DNA from: a virus | Direction: 5' to 3' (one strand) | Virus record (IMG/VR): IMGVR_UViG_3300008085_000023 | Coordinates: 64,001-128,000 of that record | DNA length: 64,000 bases | Shown: positions 35,551 to 45,333 of the stretch, piece after piece | How positions within the stretch are numbered: position 1 is the first letter of the stretch | How the letters are laid out: each line of letters starts with the position of its first letter | Notes under the pieces: model-generated | The model's database searches: none | Told to the model about the DNA's origin: nothing | Seen by the model: only the letters and a program-made list of their open reading frames with translations | Program-made: the position numbers and the translations under genes

Positions 35551-36402
35551 TTAGAATCCGTTGGCAGCACGTCTACGAATAGATCTTACAGCACCGGTAT
35601 CTTCATCTTGAAGAATTACTGTAGCCTTTGGATACTTCTTTACAAAGCTACGGATTTGTGTTTGTGTGTCATCTGCAAGATCGAGATAGTTATTCCAACG
35701 CTCATGTTTGTTGCGACCTGTATCAAATCTACGAAATACGTCTGAAGGTACTTTGAAATGCTGATACTTTGCACCAGTATGATGAACTAACGGCTTTGGA
35801 ATATCGGGCATGTCTGCAGTAGTCATTACCTCTTCTTTCATCAAGTCTTCTGAAATATCATGGCCACTAACAATAACAGGACAGCCTGTCAGCTTATGTG
35901 TAGCCTCGAATAACTCAGTAGCAAAATGAATGCCCAAGGATTTTTTAATTACTATAGTCGTTCCTGCTGCGGCTTCGACATACTGATTTTGCAAAGTATG
36001 TAGTGGCACAGAATTACCCAACTGATAAAGGCAATTCTCTTTAAGGTCAAAAGGCGTTTGGTTTGATTCGTTCAATTCATCAATATCAATGCCCAGTGCT
36101 TCAACCAATTGCTCTTCAGTGCATTCAACATGAGCCTTAAGAAGATATAGCGCTGCGGCGTATGATCCAACTTTGCGAAGCATTGAAGGCATCCGCTGCA
36201 TAACACGTTTAATGTTAAACACTAAACGATGGAAATATGTAAAGGCACTCTTCTCATCGCCTGTTTCTGGCTTGCGTATAAGCGCGCCATTATCATCGAT
36301 CAATCCCATTTCATACGCCTGAGTCTTGTCCCAATCCTGCGTCAACAAACGTAGGAATCTAAATGCATATGCTGTATCCGATGCTCTCTTTAATAACCCC
36401 AT
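35551..36402 (-). CDS. conserved T4-like hypothetical protein
   Basis: FRFLRLL, GLIDDNG, FHRLVFNIKR. Confidence 0.75.
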   Translation of the reverse strand: MGLLKRASDTAYAFRFLRLLTQDWDKTQAYEMGLIDDNGALIRKPETGDEKSAFTYFHRLVFNIKRVMQRMPSMLRKVGSYAAALYLLKAHVECTEEQLVEALGIDIDELNESNQTPFDLKENCLYQLGNSVPLHTLQNQYVEAAAGTTIVIKKSLGIHFATELFEATHKLTGCPVIVSGHDISEDLMKEEVMTTADMPDIPKPLVHHTGAKYQHFKVPSDVFRRFDTGRNKHERWNNYLDLADDTQTQIRSFVKKYPKATVILQDEDTGAVRSIRRRAANGF

Positions 36403-36420
36403 CTCAATACTCTCCAAATA

Positions 36421-36771
36421 TTACAGTAACTTCAATCGATTAACGACATTTTGATCAATGGCGCCAGATGACTCTGGAGGAAGATAATTCAAAAATCCCA
36501 AAAACCCTCGCAAAGCCGGATGCGAACTCTTATCACATCTAAAGAATAACATTTCATTCGCGCAAGCAATATCAAAAACATTATATATTGACACTAAATG
36601 ATTAACCAAAAGTCGCTCTTGTAGATTCTTACTTTTAGTATATCGATTCAATAACCGTTTAACATACTTAATCCTCGCAAAGTCCTCCATAAATTCCTCT
36701 ACAGAGAAGCATCGCGGATTAGTATAACTCTTCACAGCGAACTCGAAAAAGTTCTTTTCATTAAGCATCAT
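36421..36771 (-). CDS. conserved T4-like hypothetical protein
   Basis: YTNP, KYVKRLL, ERLLVNH. Confidence 0.75.
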   Translation of the reverse strand: MMLNEKNFFEFAVKSYTNPRCFSVEEFMEDFARIKYVKRLLNRYTKSKNLQERLLVNHLVSIYNVFDIACANEMLFFRCDKSSHPALRGFLGFLNYLPPESSGAIDQNVVNRLKLL

Positions 36772-36785
36772 ATAGTTATTTATTC

Positions 36786-38639
36786 CTATATCGCGTCATC
36801 ACGGAATGCTACCAATTCGTCTTTTCCAGTGTGACTAAACACATCTGGAATGATGAAGTAAATCAACTTGTGAGCAAACTCACCCGAACCACGCTCTTCT
36901 GCACCAAGACTCTTCAACTGCAGCTCACGATTAGTTTTGAATTTTGGAATGTTCTGGCGCTGAGTTGTAAAAATAAAGCCCAATGTGCCCTTCTTAATCG
37001 TATACTCTTTACCAATATCAGATAGTCCCTTTGGCACTCTATTCATCAAACTGGCTTCATCAATCTGAGATTCTTCCATATCGTTCATAACAACATCGAT
37101 TGCAATATCAGGATCCATGCCATTCTCAATAAGAGCGTCAATCATTTTGATTTCATCGGCAAATACTTCTTCATCATATGCCGTGAAATATTCGTCTTCG
37201 CTGACATCCTCTGTCATACCACTGGCATTCTTCTTCAACCAATTATACGTATCTTCGAGTTCCTTAATGTTTGCCTTCTGAAGCTTATCATCTGGCTTAG
37301 CATTATGAGGAAGAGCACTCATCTCTGCACCTGTCTTTTTGAACATCTCGGACATTTTATATGAAGGTGATGTAATAAGCAGGCCTTGATAATTCCACCA
37401 TGTACCCCATTTAGAATCTGGCATCCAGAATTCAAGAGTAAATGCCCAGCCATTCATAACAAAATCGATATATGTCATGGCTGACTGCTTAGTCTTTTTA
37501 GCCTTTTCACTCCATGGAAGTTGGCTAATCTTTTTGATCAAATCGTTATATTGTGAATCGTACTGTGTCTTCACTACAGCCTCTTCTATACCAACATTCA
37601 CATCATCTGAAATACCAGACTTAGCACGAGCTTTCTTAATTTGTCGGCTCTTAGCTTTATTGACCTTAAGTGTTCCGGCCTTCAACTTCTTGTTACGCTT
37701 TGCTGCGTACTTCTTAAGTTTCAGTTTGTTCTTTTTACGATAGATTGCCGCATCGCGCTTTGCAGATGCTGACATTTTCTTTTCATCTAATTCTGTTTCT
37801 TCAACGGATTCATTTTTGTCCAATTGTGCAAAATCCTTCTTTGATACTGAAAAGTTTTTCAATTTAAGACTATTGATAATTTTCAAAATTTCTTCCTGAG
37901 ACATGCCACTTGCCTTAAGAATCTTCAGTGTATCCATCGTCCGATATGTGTCCTCTGTCGATTTTGCTTCAGGAAGTATAAGAGTGGGTTCAGTAGCCTC
38001 TTCGATGAAGAGATCAGTAAAATCGTATGTTGCAACAGGCTTACCCTTAAATGTGTAAACGATTTTGTCTGGATCGCTTTCGTCCCAGCCGTCCCACTTC
38101 ACCTTATACTTCTTCATTGTGGCTTCAACACCACCAGCATCAACGTTTGTGATAGTCTTCTTTTCGGTAATTTCAACTGATTCACTAATACCAACAAGCG
38201 ACTTAGCTAACTTAACAGCATCAACAACCTTAGCAGTACGATACCAACCTGTCGCGGATTTCTCAAGCTTACCATTCTTCGAAACGCTGCCATAAATCTC
38301 ATTGCCGCTGTTATTAAACATCCAAACCAATTCCCAACCGCCGCCAAGATCTTCAATGCCTGACTTCCCTGACTTCTTAAAATCTCCTTCAAAAATAGTT
38401 GAAGATTCATCAATATCGGTAGATTCTTTCTTATCTTCTGAATCACCCTTCCAATTCTTATCGATGTAATCGAAAAATGACTTTTTCTTCTCGTCGTCGA
38501 GTTCGCTAGGTGACTTCACTCCATATTTGTCAAGAGCCTTCTGAAAAAACTTTTGATAATCTTCTTTATCGCCTGAAGCTTCACATAATACACTTCTTGC
38601 GCTTGCAATAAGACTTTTACTAATACCATTCGATGCCAT
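36786..38639 (-). CDS. putative internal head (poly)protein
   Basis: repeated (I/L)xE gp21-type cleavage motifs between segments. Confidence 0.55.
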   Translation of the reverse strand: MASNGISKSLIASARSVLCEASGDKEDYQKFFQKALDKYGVKSPSELDDEKKKSFFDYIDKNWKGDSEDKKESTDIDESSTIFEGDFKKSGKSGIEDLGGGWELVWMFNNSGNEIYGSVSKNGKLEKSATGWYRTAKVVDAVKLAKSLVGISESVEITEKKTITNVDAGGVEATMKKYKVKWDGWDESDPDKIVYTFKGKPVATYDFTDLFIEEATEPTLILPEAKSTEDTYRTMDTLKILKASGMSQEEILKIINSLKLKNFSVSKKDFAQLDKNESVEETELDEKKMSASAKRDAAIYRKKNKLKLKKYAAKRNKKLKAGTLKVNKAKSRQIKKARAKSGISDDVNVGIEEAVVKTQYDSQYNDLIKKISQLPWSEKAKKTKQSAMTYIDFVMNGWAFTLEFWMPDSKWGTWWNYQGLLITSPSYKMSEMFKKTGAEMSALPHNAKPDDKLQKANIKELEDTYNWLKKNASGMTEDVSEDEYFTAYDEEVFADEIKMIDALIENGMDPDIAIDVVMNDMEESQIDEASLMNRVPKGLSDIGKEYTIKKGTLGFIFTTQRQNIPKFKTNRELQLKSLGAEERGSGEFAHKLIYFIIPDVFSHTGKDELVAFRDDAI

Positions 38640-38673
38640 TTTATTTCCTCTGTTTCTATTAAATTTAATGTTG

Positions 38674-38919
38674 TTAGCTAAATTGCTTCAATACGTTTAC
38701 GATGTCCTTTTTAACATCGCGGCCAGATGTTGGCGAAACCATAATACTATCGTCTTTACTATTCCACATCGTGCCATGGCCAAAAAATGCGAGCTTATTA
38801 GTAACTTTTGTGATCATCTTTGAATCTTTTGGAAGATCTTCCTTTGGAATAATAACTAGATTCTCTTCGGTTAAAACCGCTGTTGCTGAGGCTATTAGAC
38901 TTTTTGTAATGCCTGTCAT
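38674..38919 (-). CDS. putative internal head protein
   Basis: N-terminus GITKSLIASA..VLTE shared with the neighbouring gene. Confidence 0.6.
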   Translation of the reverse strand: MTGITKSLIASATAVLTEENLVIIPKEDLPKDSKMITKVTNKLAFFGHGTMWNSKDDSIMVSPTSGRDVKKDIVNVLKQFS

Positions 38920-38939
38920 TTTGTTCCTTATAATATTTA

Positions 38940-40718
38940 TTATGCGTAAGTTGCAATCATTCGGGCCAGTTCTGGTCCATTGACATCCACACCGGACTTA
39001 AGTGCACCGGCCTTCATGTTTAAAGCGCGGGCTAACTTACGTAGGTTAGCTGTTTGTTTTGATCCACCTGTACGAAGCAGAGCTACAACTTCAACACGCT
39101 GTTTCTTATCTAAGAATAAATCACCATCAAGAGGGATCTTATCGCAGATATTTTCCATGAAATCATAAATCTCTGCATCAGTAGGATCAATATCAATAAG
39201 GAAGGCGCGAGTACGAATAGCACCGTCAGGATCAAGCTTATCCATTGGTAGGTTCGAGATAAAAATGATCTTACCTGTGAACTCAAAATAACGTGGAATC
39301 TTACCATCGTCAATCATCTCGTCATGTGTGCCATCATAATTCTCAGGCTCGATAACGTTCTTACCCATTTTATTCCACACCAACTTACGAATAGGTTTCG
39401 TATCAGTTGCTGCTTTAATCATATTTCGGGCTTCTTGATCCTTGAGAGCATCATCCGAATCGTCGAATAGAATAATACCATCTTGGTATTTGAATAGCAG
39501 TGTATACATACCAGCAGCCGATGCTGTACCAGTATTCTTGAAGTAGCCATCTCCGTCCTTCAGACCGGCGGATTCGAGGGTTTTCTCAACGGTGTGGGTT
39601 TTACCTACACCACCTCGACCTGCCACGAATAAGGCATTGGAAGCGCCTGAAATGGTCAACTTAATAAGTTTCTCTAAGTCATCTAACTGCTTCTCAAATG
39701 TGATACGTTCCTTTTGCGCTTCGAGATCATCCAGTTTCTTATTGTATGTGTAGCTCTCCTTTGAAGCTCCGCCTCCAACACGACCCTTAACAGCTCCAAG
39801 CTGATGAAGGAATGTATCCTTTTGTTTGCTCATCTCTTTGATGTCATCGTCAGTGCCTTCCCAGGTATAACCACGGCCGGCTTTAACGATAAGTTCAGGA
39901 TAGGCCATTTCCAAAGCATCAAAGATCTTAAGACCCATTGACTTCCAAATAGACCATACTTTATTCTTGGTGAAATTTGGTGATGCAAGCAAATTTAAAA
40001 CTCCATCAAAAGCTTCAATTGGATCTATTGCTTCAGCCAAGACCATTTCAACAGTATCAACACTTTCCTTTAATGAAATGTCTGTTGGATAGGTCATGAA
40101 CCCACCCTTCTTAACGCCACTCATAAGCATATCCACAAATTGTGGAAGGACCTGCACCAGAGAAATAGGTTTTTCAAAGACTATATGGTACGTAGGGCCT
40201 TGAGTTTTACCATTCCACATATCGATTGAATTGAGGTTATGATAATCAGCGCTGGATTCTGATTTCCAGTTAAAGCGCCATGATTCAATTTTCTTCCCAG
40301 GTGCAAAGAAACGAATTCCTACACCAGAACTTGTTGAATTCTTATACTCTTCAACACCCAAGCTTGTAAAGATTTTCTTATTTCCGGTCTTACGTCGAAT
40401 GTACTTAAGAATAATATTCGCGGCTTTGTCAATAGCGCCTGTAGAAAGTGATTCGTTGAGCATTTCATCGATGTTCAACACAGTGTACTCTTCAAGTGTA
40501 GCTGGGTCATTTAGACCAGCTTGGTGGGGAAGAGCTTTAGTAATAGTAAAGGCGTCAAAGATCGACAATGCTTCAATCTCTTCTTGAATGGCCTGCACCT
40601 CTTCGCGAGACGAGTACCAATTTGAGATTTCCGTATTGCTGCCTTTAACGCCAGCTAGTTGATATTTTGAATGTTTGTCAAGCACACGTCCGGCGATTGA
40701 CTTTATAGGTGAAGTCAT
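38940..40718 (-). CDS. AAA-type ATPase with N-terminal extension
   Basis: GRGGVGKT, ILFDDSD, IIFISN; late promoter at 40751. Confidence 0.8.
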   Translation of the reverse strand: MTSPIKSIAGRVLDKHSKYQLAGVKGSNTEISNWYSSREEVQAIQEEIEALSIFDAFTITKALPHQAGLNDPATLEEYTVLNIDEMLNESLSTGAIDKAANIILKYIRRKTGNKKIFTSLGVEEYKNSTSSGVGIRFFAPGKKIESWRFNWKSESSADYHNLNSIDMWNGKTQGPTYHIVFEKPISLVQVLPQFVDMLMSGVKKGGFMTYPTDISLKESVDTVEMVLAEAIDPIEAFDGVLNLLASPNFTKNKVWSIWKSMGLKIFDALEMAYPELIVKAGRGYTWEGTDDDIKEMSKQKDTFLHQLGAVKGRVGGGASKESYTYNKKLDDLEAQKERITFEKQLDDLEKLIKLTISGASNALFVAGRGGVGKTHTVEKTLESAGLKDGDGYFKNTGTASAAGMYTLLFKYQDGIILFDDSDDALKDQEARNMIKAATDTKPIRKLVWNKMGKNVIEPENYDGTHDEMIDDGKIPRYFEFTGKIIFISNLPMDKLDPDGAIRTRAFLIDIDPTDAEIYDFMENICDKIPLDGDLFLDKKQRVEVVALLRTGGSKQTANLRKLARALNMKAGALKSGVDVNGPELARMIATYA

Positions 40719-40822
40719 AAATAGATCCTTTTCCAGTGTTATTCTATTGTTATTTATAACATCTAGAAGCTTGGATCTATTTATGACTGCTGCATTAGTC
40801 CATTTGATTGCAAAACGTTAGA

Positions 40823-41440
40823 CTATTTGCGAAATGTTTCCTCAACAGCTTCGTCTACCACCACATCCTTAACAATTTTAACGGTGATTGTCTTAGTGAG
40901 TTTCTGATGAGGATATGTATACTTTTCCCAAGTCGTTTCAATCTCATCACCTGCAATAAAAATAGTCTTCTTGTAGGTAATTCGTTTTTGCACGCCTCGA
41001 TATATCTTTTGCACCTTAGGATAATCATCAATATGTTCTTTATTACAACTGATAGCAAACATGTGGCCATCGAATGATCCCATCCTAACATCACCAATAA
41101 TACAAGCAGAATTTGTCGCCGCAAAAACATAATCATTGAATTGGCCAACCATGTATGCATATTCAGGCGCGCATATTTGCTTAAGACCGCGGTCATAATT
41201 GGATATGCATTGAGTCCAACTGTTCGTTACTAGCTCTTCGCTCGCTGTGGTTGGTTCTACCCTCTCGGCCGCGCTATAATTGACGACGTCGACATGTGCA
41301 ATTACACCCCATACATAGTTTGTCATGGTCGGCAAAGTGATGCGCTCATTCTCCCATATAGCTTTCTTATCCAGCTCTTCAGCTCTGCAGCCAATTGTAA
41401 TCAGCATCAAAGCAATTATCGTACTCGCTTTATTCATCAT
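40823..41440 (-). CDS. hypothetical exported protein
   Basis: signal-peptide-like N-terminus. Confidence 0.55.
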   Translation of the reverse strand: MMNKASTIIALMLITIGCRAEELDKKAIWENERITLPTMTNYVWGVIAHVDVVNYSAAERVEPTTASEELVTNSWTQCISNYDRGLKQICAPEYAYMVGQFNDYVFAATNSACIIGDVRMGSFDGHMFAISCNKEHIDDYPKVQKIYRGVQKRITYKKTIFIAGDEIETTWEKYTYPHQKLTKTITVKIVKDVVVDEAVEETFRK

Positions 41441-41454
41441 ATATATATTCCTTA

Positions 41455-42075
41455 TTATATTTCAACCGTAATTGGTTGGTTTGTTATATCGTAGTGTTCA
41501 TCACATTGACATGCATTAATATATGTCGTTCCATCAATATCAATACGCCCGTGGGCCTCGTGGATGTGGCCGAAAAGGTGATACTTAGGGGAAACCCTTC
41601 TAAGTTCGATCTGCAGCTCTGATGATCCCACGCTACCATCTCGACATACATCCATGACACCATAAGGCGGGCAGTGCGTGATTAAAAAGTCTGTAGACTC
41701 TGGAATCTGTCTGTATATCTCTCGAAGTTGAAATACATCACGAACATTAAAAGCCCAATTGCAAAAGAATGGCTGATATGGCGTACCATAAAACTCAATG
41801 CCATCAATTACAACACTGGAGTCCTTTAAGTATATAATGCCTGCAGCACGGATGTCATCTTCGAGATTTAATTGCGTTTCAAGGCATCTATCATGATTTC
41901 CTGCAACGAAAATCTTATGTGTGCAAGGATAATCCTTGTACCATTCAATAAAGCTCTTTAATTCATTAACGCTTCCATGGCCACACACATCTCCTGCATG
42001 CACTACAACGTCTGCATGTACCTTATCAACTTGGGCGTGGTAGCGGTGCGTATCTGATATACAAACTATTTTCAT
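41455..42075 (-). CDS. metallophosphoesterase
   Basis: SDTH, AGD, GNHD, THCPP, GHIHE. Confidence 0.93.
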   Translation of the reverse strand: MKIVCISDTHRYHAQVDKVHADVVVHAGDVCGHGSVNELKSFIEWYKDYPCTHKIFVAGNHDRCLETQLNLEDDIRAAGIIYLKDSSVVIDGIEFYGTPYQPFFCNWAFNVRDVFQLREIYRQIPESTDFLITHCPPYGVMDVCRDGSVGSSELQIELRRVSPKYHLFGHIHEAHGRIDIDGTTYINACQCDEHYDITNQPITVEI

Positions 42076-42281
42076 GTTCTATTCCTTATTGATTCGTTCC
42101 ATGTTCGGCACAGAAGGTGAAACTCATGGGATTGTAAATGATAGCCGCAGCGTTCACACCGTATCAAAAACACACCAACAATACATCTAACTGTTGGCGC
42201 ACCGTTTTGACAACACTTATCAAGCAATCCATGCGCATACGCGCGATAACCAATAATTCTTTTAATCTCTTTAGCAGTCAT
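42072..42281 (-). CDS. small zinc-finger protein
   Basis: CC..CERC..WN. Confidence 0.55.
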   Translation of the reverse strand: MTAKEIKRIIGYRAYAHGLLDKCCQNGAPTVRCIVGVFLIRCERCGYHLQSHEFHLLCRTWNESIRNRT

Positions 42282-42380
42282 TGGTCTTCACAGCAATTCA
42301 TTAAAATGATTAGGTCTTCCGACTCTAACGGCAACGCTACTTTCGTGGGCCGACCTACCAGACCACAACGCTGTCTAATT

Positions 42381-42530
42381 TCACTTAGGGGCTGAAAACA
42401 CGTGACGCGGCTTGCACGTAAAACACTCACTACGCTGTGGCTTGCCGTCAGTGCGAGGCAGGATTGAAAATTCCTTACCACAACCACTATTTGCACATGT
42501 AACATTGATTCGTTTCTTCATCGTATTCAT
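42381..42530 (-). CDS. 49-aa zinc-finger protein
   Basis: MNTMKKRINVTCANSGCGKEF...CFTCKP; SD and promoter upstream. Confidence 0.6.
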   Translation of the reverse strand: MNTMKKRINVTCANSGCGKEFSILPRTDGKPQRSECFTCKPRHVFSAPK

Positions 42531-42558
42531 AATTTATACCTTCCTTAACTAGGGATCT

Positions 42559-42588
42559 ATTCTACCATAGTCTATTATTATTGTACAC
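42559..42588 (-). promoter_or_regulatory. early-type promoter
   Basis: GTGTACA-N17-TAGAAT. Confidence 0.75.
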
Positions 42589-42612
42589 TGTTTTTTTACA
42601 ACTATAGTTACT

Positions 42613-42650
42613 TATTGTATTGCAATGGCAATATTGTATTGCAATGGCAA
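42613..42650. repeat. 19-bp tandem duplication
   Basis: TATTGTATTGCAATGGCAA x2. Confidence 0.9.
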
Positions 42651-42656
42651 CACTGC

Positions 42657-42730
42657 TGGTTGGCCTAACAGGATTTGAACCTGTCCCAAGAGTGTCAAAG
42701 ACTCTTGTGCTGCCACTACACTATAGGCCA
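42657..42730 (-). tRNA. tRNA-Gln(TTG)
   Basis: cloverleaf, CCA. Confidence 0.9.
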
Positions 42731-42734
42731 GACA

Positions 42735-42895
42735 AATATTCAGAAGGATTCGAACCTTCATCTCCCTGAACTATCAGGGGCGTTACACTAGGCTTCGGGA
42801 ATCTTTACGCAGTAGAGTGTCTCACCGTGTTCGCATCTGCAACCCTGACTTTATGTGCCCTTTGTGGTATTCATTCCCACTTACGCTATGAATAA
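42735..42895 (-). ncRNA. tRNA-like RNA with 99-nt D-loop insertion and 4-nt anticodon loop
   Basis: acceptor, D stem, anticodon stem and canonical T arm all present. Confidence 0.7.
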
Positions 42896-42909
42896 AATTT
42901 TAAATTATC

Positions 42910-43031
42910 GTCGTAGATAAGGTGCCAACCTAACAGCTGCCTACTCTTTCGAGTCGCTGGGTCTTACGGGGTTACTGGTTTGTTGGCTTTACTATTAACC
43001 CTTTTTCAAAAATCTATTCATAATCTACGAC
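42910..43031 (-). ncRNA. unassigned structured RNA
   Basis: 9-bp terminal helix with nested helices. Confidence 0.5.
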
Positions 43032-43079
43032 ATTAACAATTAAACTTATTACACTCAGGTACTTATACACAATTGGAAT

Positions 43080-43310
43080 CTATTCATGAGTTGGGCGTTG
43101 GCTAATCAAATAGCAATCCTTGCCACCACAGAACTTTTCGCGAAACTCTGCTGCATCAGTAAATAAGTGATGTTCGAAATAATCAGCTGTAGCAACCTTA
43201 GTACCAACATCATGGTGAGCTTCTTCCGACCGATGCCATTTATTTATAGCTATACGTTCTGATAGAAATTCTAGCTGAGCGGCAATCATTTCGTGGCAAG
43301 GGCATCTCAT
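43080..43310 (-). CDS. hypothetical protein
   Basis: ORF with TATAAATA upstream. Confidence 0.6.
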   Translation of the reverse strand: MRCPCHEMIAAQLEFLSERIAINKWHRSEEAHHDVGTKVATADYFEHHLFTDAAEFREKFCGGKDCYLISQRPTHE

Positions 43311-43318
43311 GATAATCC

Positions 43319-43672
43319 CTATTTATAAATGTCTCTCCACCACAATATAAGAGCACGTTTAAATTTGCTCATTGACTGTATTTGTTCCAGTGTGTATCCT
43401 TTATTCTTCAAATACATATAATCGCCGCAATACTTCTTTTGCTGTAACTTACGTCTGGTCTTCTCTGCAAGAAATGCGGCAAGATTATTCTCACCTTCAT
43501 GTGGACACTCATATTCATCAGGCCAAATAGTTACCAGAGTACACTCATCGGGATTATCTATAGAATATAGTTTTTCGTCGATGGTATTTTTGCATAGCAA
43601 ATGCTGATGATCATCGAGAATTAGTGTACCATCACGATACACCTTATAATACACGACGTTGGCGCTTGTCAT
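43319..43672 (-). CDS. hypothetical protein
   Basis: ATG 43672 with GAAAGG SD. Confidence 0.6.
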   Translation of the reverse strand: MTSANVVYYKVYRDGTLILDDHQHLLCKNTIDEKLYSIDNPDECTLVTIWPDEYECPHEGENNLAAFLAEKTRRKLQQKKYCGDYMYLKNKGYTLEQIQSMSKFKRALILWWRDIYK

Positions 43673-43692
43673 AATATACCTTTCACTAAAAA

Positions 43693-43822
43693 TGGAGATC
43701 CGGCTGGGAATGTCTACCCAACGCCAAAAGTGCAACTCCTGAGAAGGATGTTTATCGGTTCTACCAGCACTTAGAGGCTTATATATGCGCAAAGTCTCGG
43801 TTACATTTGCGCACCACGGATT
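43693..43822 (-). ncRNA. CCA-ended structured RNA downstream of tmRNA
   Basis: ATCCG/CGGAT closing helix, CCA end, three internal hairpins. Confidence 0.5.
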
Positions 43823-43834
43823 ATTCATAAAAAT

Positions 43835-44202
43835 TGGTGGAGGTGGAGGAGAGTCGAACTCCTCGTCCGTAAGTAAATTAAATACAAACTTCTACATGCT
43901 TAGTTAACAATTACTTGGCCGTTAACTAGCCGCAATAGCCACTTTCCAAGGGAACGTAATGCAGGCTATATCCCTATTGCAACTAATCAAGAGCAGTTAC
44001 CAACTCTGGTCTCTTTGCGTAGCGTGTCCTACTCCTAGTTACTCCCAAAGAATATCTTCACTAGTTTCGTATCGCTGGGTTTAAGCAGCGAGAGGAAGTG
44101 CGTTATCAGCTACTTCATGAAAGGCTTTTAGAGAGGCCAACCTTGTCATTCCTCTGCATGCGGTCTGTGTTAGATTCCAAACGTCGAAACCAAAACACCC
44201 CC
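43835..44202 (-). ncRNA. ssrA: tmRNA
   Basis: GGGGGTG...TTCGAC 5' end, G3-U70 acceptor, T arm, ACCA, tag ...ADNALPLAA*. Confidence 0.95.
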
Positions 44203-44266
44203 GTTTATTAAATCAATACATCACTATTTCCAAGCATCACCTTCTCTCTAATTTGATTATGGTACT

Positions 44267-44296
44267 AATATACCATAGTCGAGCTAGAATGTACAC
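44267..44296 (-). promoter_or_regulatory. early-type promoter for tmRNA
   Basis: GTGTACA-N17-TATATT; TATTTATC late-like variant adjacent. Confidence 0.75.
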
Positions 44297-44330
44297 TGTT
44301 ATTTATCTACAGTTTATCGCTACTTTATTT

Positions 44331-44585
44331 TTATACTGTCTGCAGAATGAACGAAGCCAAGAAACCATGAATATCTTCGTCTTCAAAACCATCATCACGC
44401 ATATCCTCTGCAATCTCGTTGATCGCTGTGCGTAATGCCCGCATAGATGCTGTGCGAACGAGGCCTTCGGCACGTTTATTGTTTGCGCGTTCGCCTACTT
44501 TAATGCTCAATGCTTCGTCAATAGGTTTCTTTTGCTCCGGCTCTTTGCTGACGGCTTCTGCGATACTTTGAATTAAACTACTCAT
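44331..44585 (-). CDS. putative internal head protein
   Basis: late promoter; IAEA and IDEA motifs. Confidence 0.55.
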   Translation of the reverse strand: MSSLIQSIAEAVSKEPEQKKPIDEALSIKVGERANNKRAEGLVRTASMRALRTAINEIAEDMRDDGFEDEDIHGFLASFILQTV

Positions 44586-44642
44586 GCTACGTATTCCTTA
44601 TGTATTATTAGGTTAGATTATTGACCAAAATATTATTTATAT

Positions 44643-44933
44643 TCATGTCCAATCCCACTGATCTGTATGTTTAAAAAGAGGAATGTTTGTGTACCGTTCG
44701 TTAACCATTGCATCTCGTACTTTTGCACGTTCGATGCGACGTTTCATTTGTTTGAAAAGGCTTGAGGGTTTATTCCAAGGCTTGCGATCACGATTGCGTG
44801 TAGTGATCTTCTCAAACCACGCTACTCCTGACCATTTTGGAATATCTTCATGAGACCAATCATCACGCCAGTGATAAATGTTACCTTTAACTTTTACAAA
44901 ACTGCTTAGTTGTGTACGATATGTTCTGCTCAT
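44643..44933 (-). CDS. basic hypothetical protein (MSRTYR type)
   Basis: AGGAG SD; Arg/Lys/Trp-rich. Confidence 0.7.
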   Translation of the reverse strand: MSRTYRTQLSSFVKVKGNIYHWRDDWSHEDIPKWSGVAWFEKITTRNRDRKPWNKPSSLFKQMKRRIERAKVRDAMVNERYTNIPLFKHTDQWDWT

Positions 44934-44953
44934 ATTATCTCCTAGTTTGTTAT

Positions 44954-44995
44954 CTAGAAGACCGAGTATAACCTGTTTGTCATTAAACGATTCAT
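44954..44995 (-). CDS. 13-aa upstream ORF
   Basis: AAGGA SD; MNRLMTNRLYSVF*; stop lies in an SD-occluding hairpin. Confidence 0.5.
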   Translation of the reverse strand: MNRLMTNRLYSVF

Positions 44996-45015
44996 ATTGA
45001 ACTTATCCTTTTCAT

Positions 45016-45091
45016 TGGAGCCCGCAGTAGGCTTCGAACCAACGACCTGCTCATTACAAGTGAGCTGCTCTACCAACTGAGCTATACGGGC
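45016..45091 (-). tRNA. tRNA-Thr(TGT)
   Basis: canonical cloverleaf, CCA. Confidence 0.93.
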
Positions 45092-45297
45092 AAGACGCTG
45101 CTAGGCCTATCTACGATTTACGCAGAGGAAGGGATCAAACAGCTTAATATTTATTACATTAAACTAATGGATCATAAAATGTACATTATACTGGCTTAAT
45201 GACTACTATATGATACATTAGCTGGCATATACTGCCATAACAGACCATATAATAGCTCTTCTGGCCAGATATAGGTATATCTGAATAATCTGGTAAT

Positions 45298-45326
45298 AGT
45301 ATATCATAATCCAATAGAATTGTACA
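45298..45326 (-). promoter_or_regulatory. early-type promoter
   Basis: TGTACA-N17-TATACT; TATAAATA adjacent. Confidence 0.65.
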
Positions 45327-45333
45327 TCATTAT

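Noticed and set aside
42278-42505. 75-aa ORF from the track
   Set aside because: An alternative frame (42381-42530) has SD, promoter and zinc-finger motif.
45016-45091. attP/integration site at the canonical tRNA-Thr
   Set aside because: No integrase or duplicated tRNA end in the window.
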